DNA of 64,000 bases from Planctomycetes bacterium UBA1146 (GTDB taxonomy: Bacteria; Planctomycetota; UBA8108), in contig CAUZHA010000010.1 of the NCBI GenBank assembly GCA_963579555.1, positions 133-64,132 on the forward strand, in the 5' to 3' direction. The notes beneath the pieces are model-generated. The model was not told the origin of the DNA. It did no database searches and saw only the letters and a program-made list of their open reading frames with translations. The translations under genes were made by a program, and so were the position numbers. Shown piece by piece: positions 1-9,592 of this stretch. Position 1 is the first letter of the stretch. Each line of letters opens with the position of its first letter.

Positions 1-20
1 AGAGTGACCCCGGGCTGCTG

Positions 21-428
21 TCAGGCTCCGCCAGCCTTCACCGCCTTGTCCCATTCCTTTTTGCTTACGGGAGAGACGCTCAGCCGTGAGTTCTTCACCA
101 GCGCCATCTGTGAGAGCAGCTTGTCGGCCTTGATGTCAGAGAGGTGCACCGCGGTCTTGAGTCGCTTGACAGGCTTGATGTCTACGCAGACCCAGGCGTC
201 GTCGTCCGTGGTCGGGTCCTGGTAGGCCTCCTTCGTGACCCGGGCGATTCCGACGATCTCTTTCGGCCCGACGGAGTGGTAGATGAAGCAGAGATCTCCC
301 TTTTTCATCTCCCGCATATTGTTGCGAGCCTGGTAGTTCCTGACCCCGTCCCAGAAGGTGCCCTTGTCGCGGAGGAGGTCGTCCCAGGAGTAATTGCCCG
401 GTTCGGTTTTCAGCAGCCAGTAAGCCAT
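21..428 (-). CDS. EVE domain protein (PUA-like, putative modified-RNA/DNA binding)
   Basis: N-terminal YWLLKTEP, WDGVRNYQARN and GDLCFIYHS motifs are typical of EVE/THYN1 proteins; 135 aa. Confidence 0.92.
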   Translation of the reverse strand: MAYWLLKTEPGNYSWDDLLRDKGTFWDGVRNYQARNNMREMKKGDLCFIYHSVGPKEIVGIARVTKEAYQDPTTDDDAWVCVDIKPVKRLKTAVHLSDIKADKLLSQMALVKNSRLSVSPVSKKEWDKAVKAGGA

Positions 429-445
429 GGTTCAAGCTCTCTTCA

Positions 446-1699
446 TCAATCACCCAGGGCTGATACAGAGACCTTCGAGGGCTCGATATAGTCCCAGTAT
501 TTCTTTTCATACCGCGTAACGGAAACATCCGAGTGCTTCTTCGTATCGACGATAAAAATACGGTAGCGCAGCTCCACCTTCTCACCCTTCTTCAGGTCTT
601 TTTCAAAATAGGCTCCGAAGCGTCCGTAGTTGCGGGTCGAGTAGACCGTCGGCCGCGGGTTCTTCGGATGGTCCATGTGGGTGACGGCGTAGTTATTTTC
701 GCCATGCTGGAAGATGCCCGTGATCCACTCGGCGCCTTCCCAGACATCGTTCTTGCCTCCGGTGGACTCTGTTGAGCGTACGTAGGCGGTCTTATTGCCC
801 TGGCCGGTCTTTGACTCTACCGCCCGGTACTGGAAACCGGCGTGTTGCGGGTCGCCCTTGAGGCTGACGTCGCCCGAGACGGCCTCGAGGGTGATGACGA
901 AGTCCAGCAGCGCCTGCGCCTCAACCTGGCGCCAGGCCGTCACCTGTCGGTAATCCCGCACGACCACCTTGCCTTCGGGGTCGTACCAGCCGGTCTGCGA
1001 CCGGGTCCTGCCGAGGACGGATCCCATCACCTGGGCCTCAGGGTCGTATTTTTCGTGCCGTACCGAGACTCCCTTGCAGTGCCAGAAATCCCATCGCTTG
1101 TCGCCGACGCGCGTATTGCTGAAGCCGATGAAGAGTCCGCGGTGGTGGGTGTATTGCCCCCCGGCGCCCTTGGTGATGAACCCATCTCCATGGAAGCCCC
1201 AGACGTGGTGAAAGGTCTTGTAGGTCTGGTGCAGAGAGTCTTTGCTGGCCGGGTCGTAGGCCGTCATCTGCCTCCACACCGGTTTCTTACCGTAGAGGAG
1301 GTCGGAATGGCCAGTGTCTTCCCTGAAGCTGAAGAGAGGTGAGCTCGTTTTGCTCCCCGTCCCAAGGCGCAGGGTGTAGTTCGACTCTTTGCCGGGGTCG
1401 AGCTTCTTCTCGATCCAGTAGATCTCGATCCCCTTTGAGGCCTGGCTGATGACAACCTGTGCATCTATGGCCGCGCCGCCATCGGCAGGCGTGAGGATGG
1501 CAGAGAGCTGTTCTTTGCCGGAAGCTGTCCAGTCAGCGGGCAGCTCCAGGCCGGGGCGCAGCAGGATGCTGGTCGGAGAATTCCGGCGTGCGATACCGGC
1601 GGGGTTGACGTTGATCTTGAATTGCAGGTCTGCGGCCGTGCAGGTTGCTGATGCCAGGAGAATCATGATGGAGCAGAGGATTCGGAATTTATCGTTCAT
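446..1699 (-). CDS. Secreted DUF6807 (PmoA-family-labelled) protein of unknown function
   Basis: Signal peptide; motifs HHRGLFIGF and GDPQHAGFQYR, plus DHPKNP...YSTRNYGRFG near the C-terminus, typical of DUF6807. Confidence 0.75.
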   Translation of the reverse strand: MNDKFRILCSIMILLASATCTAADLQFKINVNPAGIARRNSPTSILLRPGLELPADWTASGKEQLSAILTPADGGAAIDAQVVISQASKGIEIYWIEKKLDPGKESNYTLRLGTGSKTSSPLFSFREDTGHSDLLYGKKPVWRQMTAYDPASKDSLHQTYKTFHHVWGFHGDGFITKGAGGQYTHHRGLFIGFSNTRVGDKRWDFWHCKGVSVRHEKYDPEAQVMGSVLGRTRSQTGWYDPEGKVVVRDYRQVTAWRQVEAQALLDFVITLEAVSGDVSLKGDPQHAGFQYRAVESKTGQGNKTAYVRSTESTGGKNDVWEGAEWITGIFQHGENNYAVTHMDHPKNPRPTVYSTRNYGRFGAYFEKDLKKGEKVELRYRIFIVDTKKHSDVSVTRYEKKYWDYIEPSKVSVSALGD

Positions 1700-1729
1700 G
1701 GCAAGCGGATGTTTTCACCTTCAAAGGGT

Positions 1730-4717
1730 TCAGTCAGCGGTTTCCAGTGCAAGCGAAGCCTGGTTGAGATAGCTGCACTTGCAGCCGGCTGAAGCATCCG
1801 GGACCAGCACGATTCCTCCAGCCGGGATCGCGTTGACCCAGCAGCCGAGCCTCAAGCCGCCGTAGTTGTAGGTCTTCTTCGTGTCGGTAAGATCGAAATA
1901 GCCCATGGTGGCGGAGCGAAAGAGCATGAGGTTGTTTCCTCCAGCCAGGATTCCGCAGCCGTAGGAGCGCTTGAACTTGAATTCCCTGTCGACACCAGTC
2001 TTGAGATCCCAGGCTCCGCCCTCGGCGTAGATTGTCTTGTCGTTGAGCATGGGGCGGGAAGCGTAATTCACCTTCCGGTCCCATACGCGGTAGCCATCGG
2101 TGGTGTGGAATACTGCCATTCGTCCTCCGACCTCAGAGGGAAGGCGGAAGCGGGTCGGCTGGTAGCCCATCAGGAGGATGTTTTTCTCGGCGCTCAGGGC
2201 GAGCATGGTGCCGAAGATGTCCTTGTCCTTCTTCCAGTCAACTTTCCCGGTGGAGGCATCGAGCGCCAGGACCGCTCCGCCGGGGTGGGGAATCTCCTTA
2301 TCTCCCTTTTTCCTGCGGTACTTGATCGTGTCGATGGCAGCCTGCTTCCTGTCGATCAGGTAGACCTTGCCGCCGCCGATGGCGATCGCGTTGTGCCTGA
2401 TTGAATGCTCGGCATCGTAGCGCCAGAGCGTTTTTCCACTCTTTCCATCGAGGGCGAAAAAAGTTTTCGATTCGGTCAGGAGATCCTTCATCTCGCCCTT
2501 GAGATAGCGCCATTTCACGATGTGTTCGGAGTCGGCGATGGTGCCGTAGATGTTGCCAGCAACAGCCGCGAGGTAACCCCACTTGCCGAGTTTTCCAGCT
2601 ACCGTGGAAGGCGTCTTGAATTCGCCGAGCTTTTTGCCTGTTGCCAGGTCGATTCTCAGGCAGGTCTCCTTTTGGTGAATGTAGACGCTGTCGCCATCTG
2701 TGCAGAGGTTGCTGCCGGTTCCGGCTGTACCCATGAGATGATCCTGGTTATACGCTTGCAGGATTCCCGGCAGGGAGTACTCCCAGATAGTGCGGCCGTT
2801 GTAGGCATCGGTAGCACGTACGGCATTGAGACCCTCTACGAGCAGGTAGCCCTTGTGAAAAAGAGGTGCGGGGCCCCTTCCATGCCGCTGCGGAACAGGA
2901 AGGTCTGCGTCACGGAACCAGAGCATACGCAGCGGTCCCTTGACGATGGCGTCCTCAGAGCAGCAGGTATTGGCCGGGTTGGAATACTGGTGCGTCCAGC
3001 TTCCGGCGCCGGCCAGCGCCCCTCGTCGCCGGATCTCCAGCTTGCTTTTTTTTCCGATGGCAACGACCCCTCCCCAGGGGCGGGTCAAGCGCGTCAGCTC
3101 GTCCGGGGCGATTTTCACCGTACCGCCAGCGACCGACCGCCCTGAAACTACGAGGTTGGCGAGGTATTTCGGGTAGTTTGTTTTATTGAGGGTGGCCTGG
3201 TGGACGACGACCCGGGTTCCGTAGAGTCCTGCATCATCGAGACGCTTCCTGGCTTTCTCGACAAGCCCGGGGGCCTCCTCGATACAGTAGATCTTCAGGG
3301 AGCTCTGGCGGGCAAGCTCCAGGGCAAGGCTTCCATCTCCACAGCCCAGGTCGAGACAGTATCCTTCCCGGATTCCGGATTTCTCGAGAATCTCATCAGC
3401 CGCATCGGCGTAGGTTCCCAGGTGCCCGGGGAGAGCTCTTTTACGGGCGGGCTCGGTGGCCTGGGCGCCATTGTCTTTTCCGCTGAAGCAGTAGATAAAG
3501 CCCTCGTCGGTGCTGACGTAGAGACGCCCCCCGGCTGAAGCGAGTCCGTGAGCGGTGCCCTTTACCTTCGTCTTCCACTCCACGGTCTTTTTGGCCGAGT
3601 CGATGAGAGCGATCTCGTCTCCCCCGGAGCTGACAATGGCCGAGCCGGAGCAGATCAGCTCAGTTCCGCCTGGTACACTGTCAATTTTCCAGAGGGGTTC
3701 GATTCCCGTGAACTTGATCGCCTTGCCTTTACGGTCTTTTTTTGTTTTTTCAGCCCAGCGGTAAACCTGTATTCCGCCCTTGGAAAAACTCGCGAGGTTT
3801 TCTCCCAGCCGCGCCACCGGCCCGCCGATCTGGATCTGGGACTCGCCGTTGGCGGCATTGAAGAGCCGACCGCTGTTGAAGAAGTGGGTGCCGAACCCGG
3901 CGATCGAGGAGCCTCCCAGCTGCCCGTATTTCTGCAGGTGGAAATACTGGTATTTTCCATCGGTGCTGTTGAGAGCGGCCGGTACTGCGCGCCCCGTCGG
4001 GAGATAGACCCTGCCCTTGTCGATGACCATGTGCCCCTGGGCCGAAACTCCGCTGGCGGCATCGGCTCCGCCATGGGGCTGGGGCATGTAGCGAAAGCCG
4101 TCGGTGTCATTGAGCCAGGCGCGTTTGCCGGTATCGAGTCGCAAAGCCTCGATAAAGATGCCCTCCGAGGGCCAGATCCCGGCGGCCCAGTAGATGATGC
4201 CATTGGCCACAGCGGGACCTCCCCTGGCCGGCCACATTGAGCAGATGCTGTCGTTGCCGAGGATCCTGCGGCCGGTGGGGCCGCCTCTTCTCTTCCATTC
4301 CAGCTTTCCGGTTTTGGCATCGAGGCAGTAGAGATGCCCATCATCGCTCACGCAGTAGATGCGGCCATCTGCGCAGACAGGTGCCAGGCGGATCGGGCCG
4401 TCGGTGAAGTAGCTCCATCTCTCCTCGCCGGTGATGGCATCGATAGCATGGAGCTGGTGGTCGGCCGAGCTGCCGAAGTAAAGCAGGCCGTCTGCGATGA
4501 TGGTCTGGAAGGCCCGGTCAAACTCCTGCCTGGGCGAGCTTGGCCAGGCTGAATCGGGTACATGAGACCGGTAGGTCCACTGCAGCGAGAGTTTCCCGGG
4601 CAGCTCATCTGAGGTGTAGCCGCTGCGGGCGGAGTCGCCCCGGTAGGTGTTCCAGTCGGCTGCGTCGAGCGCTCCGGAAGAGAGCAGGAGGACCGGGAGA
4701 AGACGGAGGATTTTCAT
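1730..4717 (-). CDS. Secreted PQQ-type beta-propeller repeat protein with central class I SAM methyltransferase-like domain
   Basis: Signal peptide then DWNTYRGD..RSG; repeated xDAxTGxxxW propeller motifs; LDLGCGDG SAM motif; second propeller starting WTHQYSNPANT; Cys-rich C-terminus. Confidence 0.85.
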   Translation of the reverse strand: MKILRLLPVLLLSSGALDAADWNTYRGDSARSGYTSDELPGKLSLQWTYRSHVPDSAWPSSPRQEFDRAFQTIIADGLLYFGSSADHQLHAIDAITGEERWSYFTDGPIRLAPVCADGRIYCVSDDGHLYCLDAKTGKLEWKRRGGPTGRRILGNDSICSMWPARGGPAVANGIIYWAAGIWPSEGIFIEALRLDTGKRAWLNDTDGFRYMPQPHGGADAASGVSAQGHMVIDKGRVYLPTGRAVPAALNSTDGKYQYFHLQKYGQLGGSSIAGFGTHFFNSGRLFNAANGESQIQIGGPVARLGENLASFSKGGIQVYRWAEKTKKDRKGKAIKFTGIEPLWKIDSVPGGTELICSGSAIVSSGGDEIALIDSAKKTVEWKTKVKGTAHGLASAGGRLYVSTDEGFIYCFSGKDNGAQATEPARKRALPGHLGTYADAADEILEKSGIREGYCLDLGCGDGSLALELARQSSLKIYCIEEAPGLVEKARKRLDDAGLYGTRVVVHQATLNKTNYPKYLANLVVSGRSVAGGTVKIAPDELTRLTRPWGGVVAIGKKSKLEIRRRGALAGAGSWTHQYSNPANTCCSEDAIVKGPLRMLWFRDADLPVPQRHGRGPAPLFHKGYLLVEGLNAVRATDAYNGRTIWEYSLPGILQAYNQDHLMGTAGTGSNLCTDGDSVYIHQKETCLRIDLATGKKLGEFKTPSTVAGKLGKWGYLAAVAGNIYGTIADSEHIVKWRYLKGEMKDLLTESKTFFALDGKSGKTLWRYDAEHSIRHNAIAIGGGKVYLIDRKQAAIDTIKYRRKKGDKEIPHPGGAVLALDASTGKVDWKKDKDIFGTMLALSAEKNILLMGYQPTRFRLPSEVGGRMAVFHTTDGYRVWDRKVNYASRPMLNDKTIYAEGGAWDLKTGVDREFKFKRSYGCGILAGGNNLMLFRSATMGYFDLTDTKKTYNYGGLRLGCWVNAIPAGGIVLVPDASAGCKCSYLNQASLALETAD

Positions 4718-4831
4718 CGCATGCCTCGATGGTTCATGATGGTGTTTCCCAGGTTTCAGATCGCAAACATATATTGAAGCATCAGGGCTTCAAGTGGAAG
4801 CTCCGCCTCGGAGGAATCAGGGGGGAGGGCC

Positions 4832-5443
4832 TCAGCTTAGCTTTGAGATGGCCGCGGCCGGGTCGAGGCCATCTTCTGCCGCCCTGGCGTAGTAGCCTAG
4901 CCGGCGTCCGGGGTCGTCCTCGCGCACGAGCTCGAAGCCGCCCTCTCCATAGAGAGCCGCGAGAGCGTTTTCAAGAGCCGGGCGCAGCGAGGCATCCATC
5001 GCGTCGGTATTGGGAGTCAGCAGGCGGTCGTTGAACGAGAACTCGACCTCGCCGCAATCGACCGTCACGTCCGGGGGGAATTCTTTTTCTCCACAGAGGC
5101 GCTGAATTTTCCCGAGCGCCTTTTCCAGCACTGAGCGCAGCCGAGCAGCGGGGTCACCTTCTAGGCCCTTCCGGTTGGAAAAGAAGAGTCCCGCCCAGCC
5201 CTCCTGGCGGCTGCTGCCGGAGCCTCTCGAGAAGTCGATCCCGAACTGCCAGAGCTTGCTTACAAGGATGATGCTGGGAGCTTCCGGTACGTGGCTGTAA
5301 TCGGCCAGGTCGAGGATCTCTTCACCTTCTTCCAGGCGCCAACGGCTGAAGATGTTCAGCAGCGCATCCCAATCAGTGTCCACCGGGGCGCCGATGCCGA
5401 ACTTGACGTCTATTTTTTGCAGCTCGGGGATGGATTCACTCAT
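4832..5443 (-). CDS. Conserved hypothetical protein (203 aa)
   Basis: Clean ORF with coding-like composition and its own promoter-like signal; motif DLADYSHVPEAPSIILV; no family confidently assigned. Confidence 0.75.
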   Translation of the reverse strand: MSESIPELQKIDVKFGIGAPVDTDWDALLNIFSRWRLEEGEEILDLADYSHVPEAPSIILVSKLWQFGIDFSRGSGSSRQEGWAGLFFSNRKGLEGDPAARLRSVLEKALGKIQRLCGEKEFPPDVTVDCGEVEFSFNDRLLTPNTDAMDASLRPALENALAALYGEGGFELVREDDPGRRLGYYARAAEDGLDPAAAISKLS

Positions 5444-5451
5444 AGCGGGGA

Positions 5452-5480
5452 AGATTAGAGCAAAAAGGGCTCCTGTTCAA
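5452..5480 (-). promoter_or_regulatory. Sigma70-type promoter, leaderless arrangement
   Basis: Minus strand reads TTGAAC-N17-TAATCT, then 8 nt to the ATG at 5443. Confidence 0.6.
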
Positions 5481-5649
5481 GCGGGAGAAGCTGGGCGGAG
5501 GGATTACTCGGGCGCGTAGATTCAATTCCGCGGGCCTTTAGGGGTAAGATGGCGCGTGACGTTTTAAAATGCCCGCCTGTTCTGGAAGGCTCTTGCCGCG
5601 GCGGCTCCAAAGACAGGCAGCGCTCCGAAAACGAGCGACTAGACGACGC

Positions 5650-7812
5650 CTACTTGACCTGCGAGCCGGCCATGCGGCTATAGATCACGTGGGCCTCCTC
5701 GATGAAGAGGTTGGACTCCTCGACTCGCTGGCGGGAGCGCTCGGGGGTGACGTCTTCGTCTCCCTCACCGTGGGCCTTGGCGAAGTATTCCGCCACCCCG
5801 ATGTGGAACTCCCCGGTATCGATGAAGTGCTTCTGGAACTCAGCCTGGGTGTCGTAGTTGTCCGACAGCAGGAGCCCCCTGGTTGAGAGCAGGCCGTCGG
5901 CGGCCTTGACCATGCCATCGAAAGAGACCTTCGCGGCGTCCCGGGTTTTTTCCGCTTCGAGATGCAGGGAAGCCTCGAAGATGAGACGCTCAGCATCGTC
6001 GAGCATGAACTCGGCCTGGTCGACTATCTCACCGGCGCACTCACCCTGGCCGACCTCCTTGATATATTCCCAGGGCTGGCGATTGTCGAAGAAATCGGCC
6101 TCGTCCTCGCCTACCTCGCTGAACTCTTCGAGCTCCTCGTGGATCCTGGCCTTTCCAAGGCGTTCCATGCAGTCCCTGAACGACTCGCTGTCCTGCTTCT
6201 CGCTATCGTAGATGGCGGTCAGCTTATGGATGACCTCGGGCGCCCTGTGGGCGGGGACCTTGCCGACCATGAGGCCGTAGGAATCCGCGTTGTTTTCCGT
6301 CGTGCCGCCGAGGATCACCTGGAAGAGGGGAGCCACCCGGCCGGATTTTCGTTTCGAGGTGCCGAAGAAGCCGATATTGGCGATATGGTGCTGGGCGCAG
6401 GAGTTGAAGCAGCCGCTGATCTTGATGGAGATGTCGTCACGCAGTCCTCCATCTCCATCTCCCATGCCCTCGCCACTGACGGCATCCGCTGTGAATTGTC
6501 TGTGCAGGACGCCCGCGAGTCCGCGCGAGGACGCGATTCCGAGCTTGCAGGAATCAGTTCCAGGGCAGGCCGTGATGTCGGCGATGCTGTCTGCGAGCGG
6601 CGCGGCGAGGCGCAGGTCTTCAAGATCTTTATAGAGGGCGGGCAGGTCCTCGTTCGAGACCCAGCGCAGCAGGAGGTTCTGGGGGACCGTGGCCCGTATG
6701 GTGTCCTTGATATATTTGCGTGAGATGGTTCCCACTCCCCTGAGCTGGTTCGCGGTAAGATCGCCAAGAGCCAGGGAGACCGTCACCATGGAGTAGCCCT
6801 CCTGGGCCTGGGCACGGACATTGTGGCGATGCCAGACCCGGAAGTTTTCGTCGAGTTCGGGAGCCCCGAGATCCAGCTCGGAGGGAGGCTTGAGGGGTTC
6901 TTCCGTCTGCTCGAGGGCCTCCGCCATGATGTTCTCCCGCAGGGCGTCCTCCGGCAACCGGGCGAGCTCTTCCTCGATGTTCTTGCGGAACTCATCGATG
7001 CCGAGGTTGGCGACGAGGAACTTCATCCGCGCCCTGGCGCGCTTGTGTTTTTCTCCGAGCCTGGCGAAGACCCTGGCGATCGCCTGGGCGAGAGGAAGCA
7101 TCTCTTCGGCGGGAACGAAATCGCTGTAGAGCTTGGCCTGGTGCGGGACGGCTCCGAGACCGCCTCCGACATAGACCGCGAAGCCTTCGACGGTCTCCCC
7201 ATCGAGCTCTCTCGTCGCGGCGATGGCGCCGATGTCGTGAATTCGGGCCAGTCCGCAATGATGCTGGGCGCAGCCCGAGAAGGATATCTTGAATTTGCGT
7301 CCGAAGTTCTGCGCGTCCGGATGGCGCAGCAGGAAGTAGGCCATCGCCCGGGCATGGGGCGTGACGTCAAAAACCTCGTCGGCGCAGACCCCTGCATCGG
7401 GGCAGCAGGTTACGTTGCGGACCGTGTTTCCGCAGGCCTCCTTGGTGGTGATCCCGGTCGAGGCCAGCCGCCGCATGATGTTCGGGGTGTCAAGGATATC
7501 GACGAAGTGGTACTGGACGTCCTGGCGGGTCGTGATGTGGGAGATCGAGTCGGCGTATTCTTCCGAGAGGTCGGCAAGCACCTCGCACTGGCTGGCGGTG
7601 AGTATTCCCAGGGGTATCTTGATGCGCAGCATCTGGGTGCCGTCCTGGCGCTGTCCGTACACTCCGTGGCGCAGGCGAAACTCGAGAAAAACCTTCTCCG
7701 GCATCTGGCCGTCGAGAAAGCGGTTGAGCTCGGTCTCGAAGATGTCGATCTCTTCGCCGGCCTGCTCGGAAAGATCCGGCCAGGAAAGCTGGTTGTTGGT
7801 CGGGGGGCTCAT
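5650..7812 (-). CDS. Ferredoxin-type sulfite/nitrite reductase hemoprotein (Sir/NirA family) with C-terminal HEPN-like extension
   Basis: FRLRHGVYGQRQ, HITTRQDVQYH and NFGRKFKISFSGC motifs; siroheme/[4Fe-4S] ligands ACPGTDSCKLG and ISGCFNSCAQH; about 130 aa helical tail. Confidence 0.9.
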   Translation of the reverse strand: MSPPTNNQLSWPDLSEQAGEEIDIFETELNRFLDGQMPEKVFLEFRLRHGVYGQRQDGTQMLRIKIPLGILTASQCEVLADLSEEYADSISHITTRQDVQYHFVDILDTPNIMRRLASTGITTKEACGNTVRNVTCCPDAGVCADEVFDVTPHARAMAYFLLRHPDAQNFGRKFKISFSGCAQHHCGLARIHDIGAIAATRELDGETVEGFAVYVGGGLGAVPHQAKLYSDFVPAEEMLPLAQAIARVFARLGEKHKRARARMKFLVANLGIDEFRKNIEEELARLPEDALRENIMAEALEQTEEPLKPPSELDLGAPELDENFRVWHRHNVRAQAQEGYSMVTVSLALGDLTANQLRGVGTISRKYIKDTIRATVPQNLLLRWVSNEDLPALYKDLEDLRLAAPLADSIADITACPGTDSCKLGIASSRGLAGVLHRQFTADAVSGEGMGDGDGGLRDDISIKISGCFNSCAQHHIANIGFFGTSKRKSGRVAPLFQVILGGTTENNADSYGLMVGKVPAHRAPEVIHKLTAIYDSEKQDSESFRDCMERLGKARIHEELEEFSEVGEDEADFFDNRQPWEYIKEVGQGECAGEIVDQAEFMLDDAERLIFEASLHLEAEKTRDAAKVSFDGMVKAADGLLSTRGLLLSDNYDTQAEFQKHFIDTGEFHIGVAEYFAKAHGEGDEDVTPERSRQRVEESNLFIEEAHVIYSRMAGSQVK

Positions 7813-7876
7813 ATCAGTTGGAATACCAGGAAAGAGTTAAAAAAGATTCGTCCCGCTCAGGGGCACAGCCGAACGC

Positions 7877-7904
7877 ATTTTACAACCTTCCATCCTATCG
7901 ACAA
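7877..7904 (-). promoter_or_regulatory. Putative sigma70 promoter of the sulfite/nitrite reductase
   Basis: Minus strand TTGTCG-N16-TAAAAT, about 65 nt upstream of the start codon. Confidence 0.45.
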
Positions 7905-7973
7905 GCTCCCAGGTCATCCAGTGGCGATAGTTGGCGGAAAACAGCGTAAAACCGTTCTTTTCTCAAGGCGGTC

Positions 7974-9491
7974 TTATTCACCGAGGGCGAAGAGGCGGTG
8001 GGTGATGTCGCTGGTGGCGGGGTAGAGATCGCGGTAGATCGCGAAGCGTTCGTCGTAGAGACGGGTCTGTTCCGCCCGCGGCTCGAGGATGCGGGTGACC
8101 TCCGAGCAGTCGGAGATGAATTCGTTGAGCTCGCCTTCGTTTGCCAGGATACCGGCGGCGAGCGCGCCCGTCGCGGCGGCTCCGACTCCGGGAACCTCGC
8201 TGATCGCAAGGATCGCGACCGGTCGACCGAGGATGTCGGCGGCGATCTGCATCCAGGTCTCGGATCGGGCGCCACCTCCGATGGCCTTGTAGAGCTGGAT
8301 ATCGACCCCGGCCTGGGCGTAGATCTCGCTGTTGAGGCGGATCTCGTGCAGCAGGCCCTCGAGGATCGCCTTGACGACCTCCTTGCGGGTGGTGGTCAGC
8401 CGCATCCCAAGGATCGCTCCGAGCGCCCGATCGTCGAGCCAGGGAGTTCCGGTCGTGGCGAAGTGGGGCAGGACCAGCAGGTCGGTCGGGTTTTCGGGAA
8501 GGCCTGAGCAGATGATGTCGTAGGGATCTTTGCCGCAGTCCTTCGCCTCGGGGAGCTCGTCGCCGGCGAGGTTGTCGCGGTACCACTTGAGCAGGGAGCC
8601 GCCGGTAAAATTGTAGGCGATCGAGATGTACTGGCCATCACCGAGGGTGGGGTAGTAGCAGAGGTTGTTCTCGACCATGGCCGGGGCCTCGGGGAATCCC
8701 TCGAGATGGACGCCGAGACAGATCACGGTTCCGATCGAGAGCATCGATTCGCCGGGTTGGATCCCGGCCCCGAGGATTCCCGCCGGCTGGTCGTGGAGCC
8801 CGGCGGCGACGACGCAGTCTTCAGGCAGGCCGAGGTCGTTGGGACCAAGGGTGCCGAGGTTCGTTCCTGGCGCGGCTACCGGCGGCAGCAGGTCGGTGGA
8901 CAGCCCCACCGCTCCAAGGATCTCCGGCGACCAGTCGAGCTTCCTGACGTCGAATGCCAGGGTCCGCGCGGCCATCGAGTAGTCGATGTGGGGTTCGATT
9001 CCCAGGGAGGCCTGGATGAAGTCGCCGAAGGAGAGAAATCTCTTCGTTCGGGAGAAGGTGTCGGGGTCGTGGTCGCGCCTCCAGAGCAGCTTGAAGATGG
9101 AGTGGAAGCTCTTGATGCTGTGGCCGGCGATGTCGAAGACCTCGCGGTCGGTGAGTTTTTCGCTGAGCAGGGGTACCGACTCCTGCCCGCGGGCATCGAA
9201 GCCGATGATGGCGTTGCCGACCGGCTTGTTGTTCTCGTCAACCGGGACCATCGCCTCGCCGAGGGTGCTGGTGGCTAGTGAACGGATGGGATCACCTTTC
9301 GTCTCCGCGGCGGCCTTGCCGAGCACTTCCCTGACGGCATCGAGTACCTCGTTGGGGTTCAGCTCGAGGTGTCCGTGTTTCGGACTCTCGAGGTCGTATT
9401 CGCGATAGGGGGCGGTGACGAAGGTCCCGTCTTCACGGAAGACAACCGCTTTTACGCCGGTGGTGCCGATATCGAGGCCGACAATGGACAT
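7974..9491 (-). CDS. FGGY-family carbohydrate kinase (xylulokinase-like)
   Basis: N-terminal GLDIGTTGVKA; GLHDQPAGILGAG; IGGGARSETWMQIAADILG. Confidence 0.92.
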   Translation of the reverse strand: MSIVGLDIGTTGVKAVVFREDGTFVTAPYREYDLESPKHGHLELNPNEVLDAVREVLGKAAAETKGDPIRSLATSTLGEAMVPVDENNKPVGNAIIGFDARGQESVPLLSEKLTDREVFDIAGHSIKSFHSIFKLLWRRDHDPDTFSRTKRFLSFGDFIQASLGIEPHIDYSMAARTLAFDVRKLDWSPEILGAVGLSTDLLPPVAAPGTNLGTLGPNDLGLPEDCVVAAGLHDQPAGILGAGIQPGESMLSIGTVICLGVHLEGFPEAPAMVENNLCYYPTLGDGQYISIAYNFTGGSLLKWYRDNLAGDELPEAKDCGKDPYDIICSGLPENPTDLLVLPHFATTGTPWLDDRALGAILGMRLTTTRKEVVKAILEGLLHEIRLNSEIYAQAGVDIQLYKAIGGGARSETWMQIAADILGRPVAILAISEVPGVGAAATGALAAGILANEGELNEFISDCSEVTRILEPRAEQTRLYDERFAIYRDLYPATSDITHRLFALGE

Positions 9492-9592
9492 GGAAGAGAC
9501 CTTCTGCTGCGGGATTGCCCGGATCCGGGCGAAACGATCACGAAGGCGGCAGTTTACCGCAGACAGGCGGTTTTTTCACCCGGCAGAGACTC

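Noticed and set aside
446-1699. Methane monooxygenase (from the PmoA-family label of DUF6807)
   Set aside because: Soluble secreted protein without the TM helices of pMMO subunits; no pmoB/pmoC nearby.
1730-4717. Calling the propeller proteins PQQ dehydrogenases or BamB
   Set aside because: Only the generic propeller repeat is visible; the architecture and size do not fit either, and no bam or pqq genes are adjacent.
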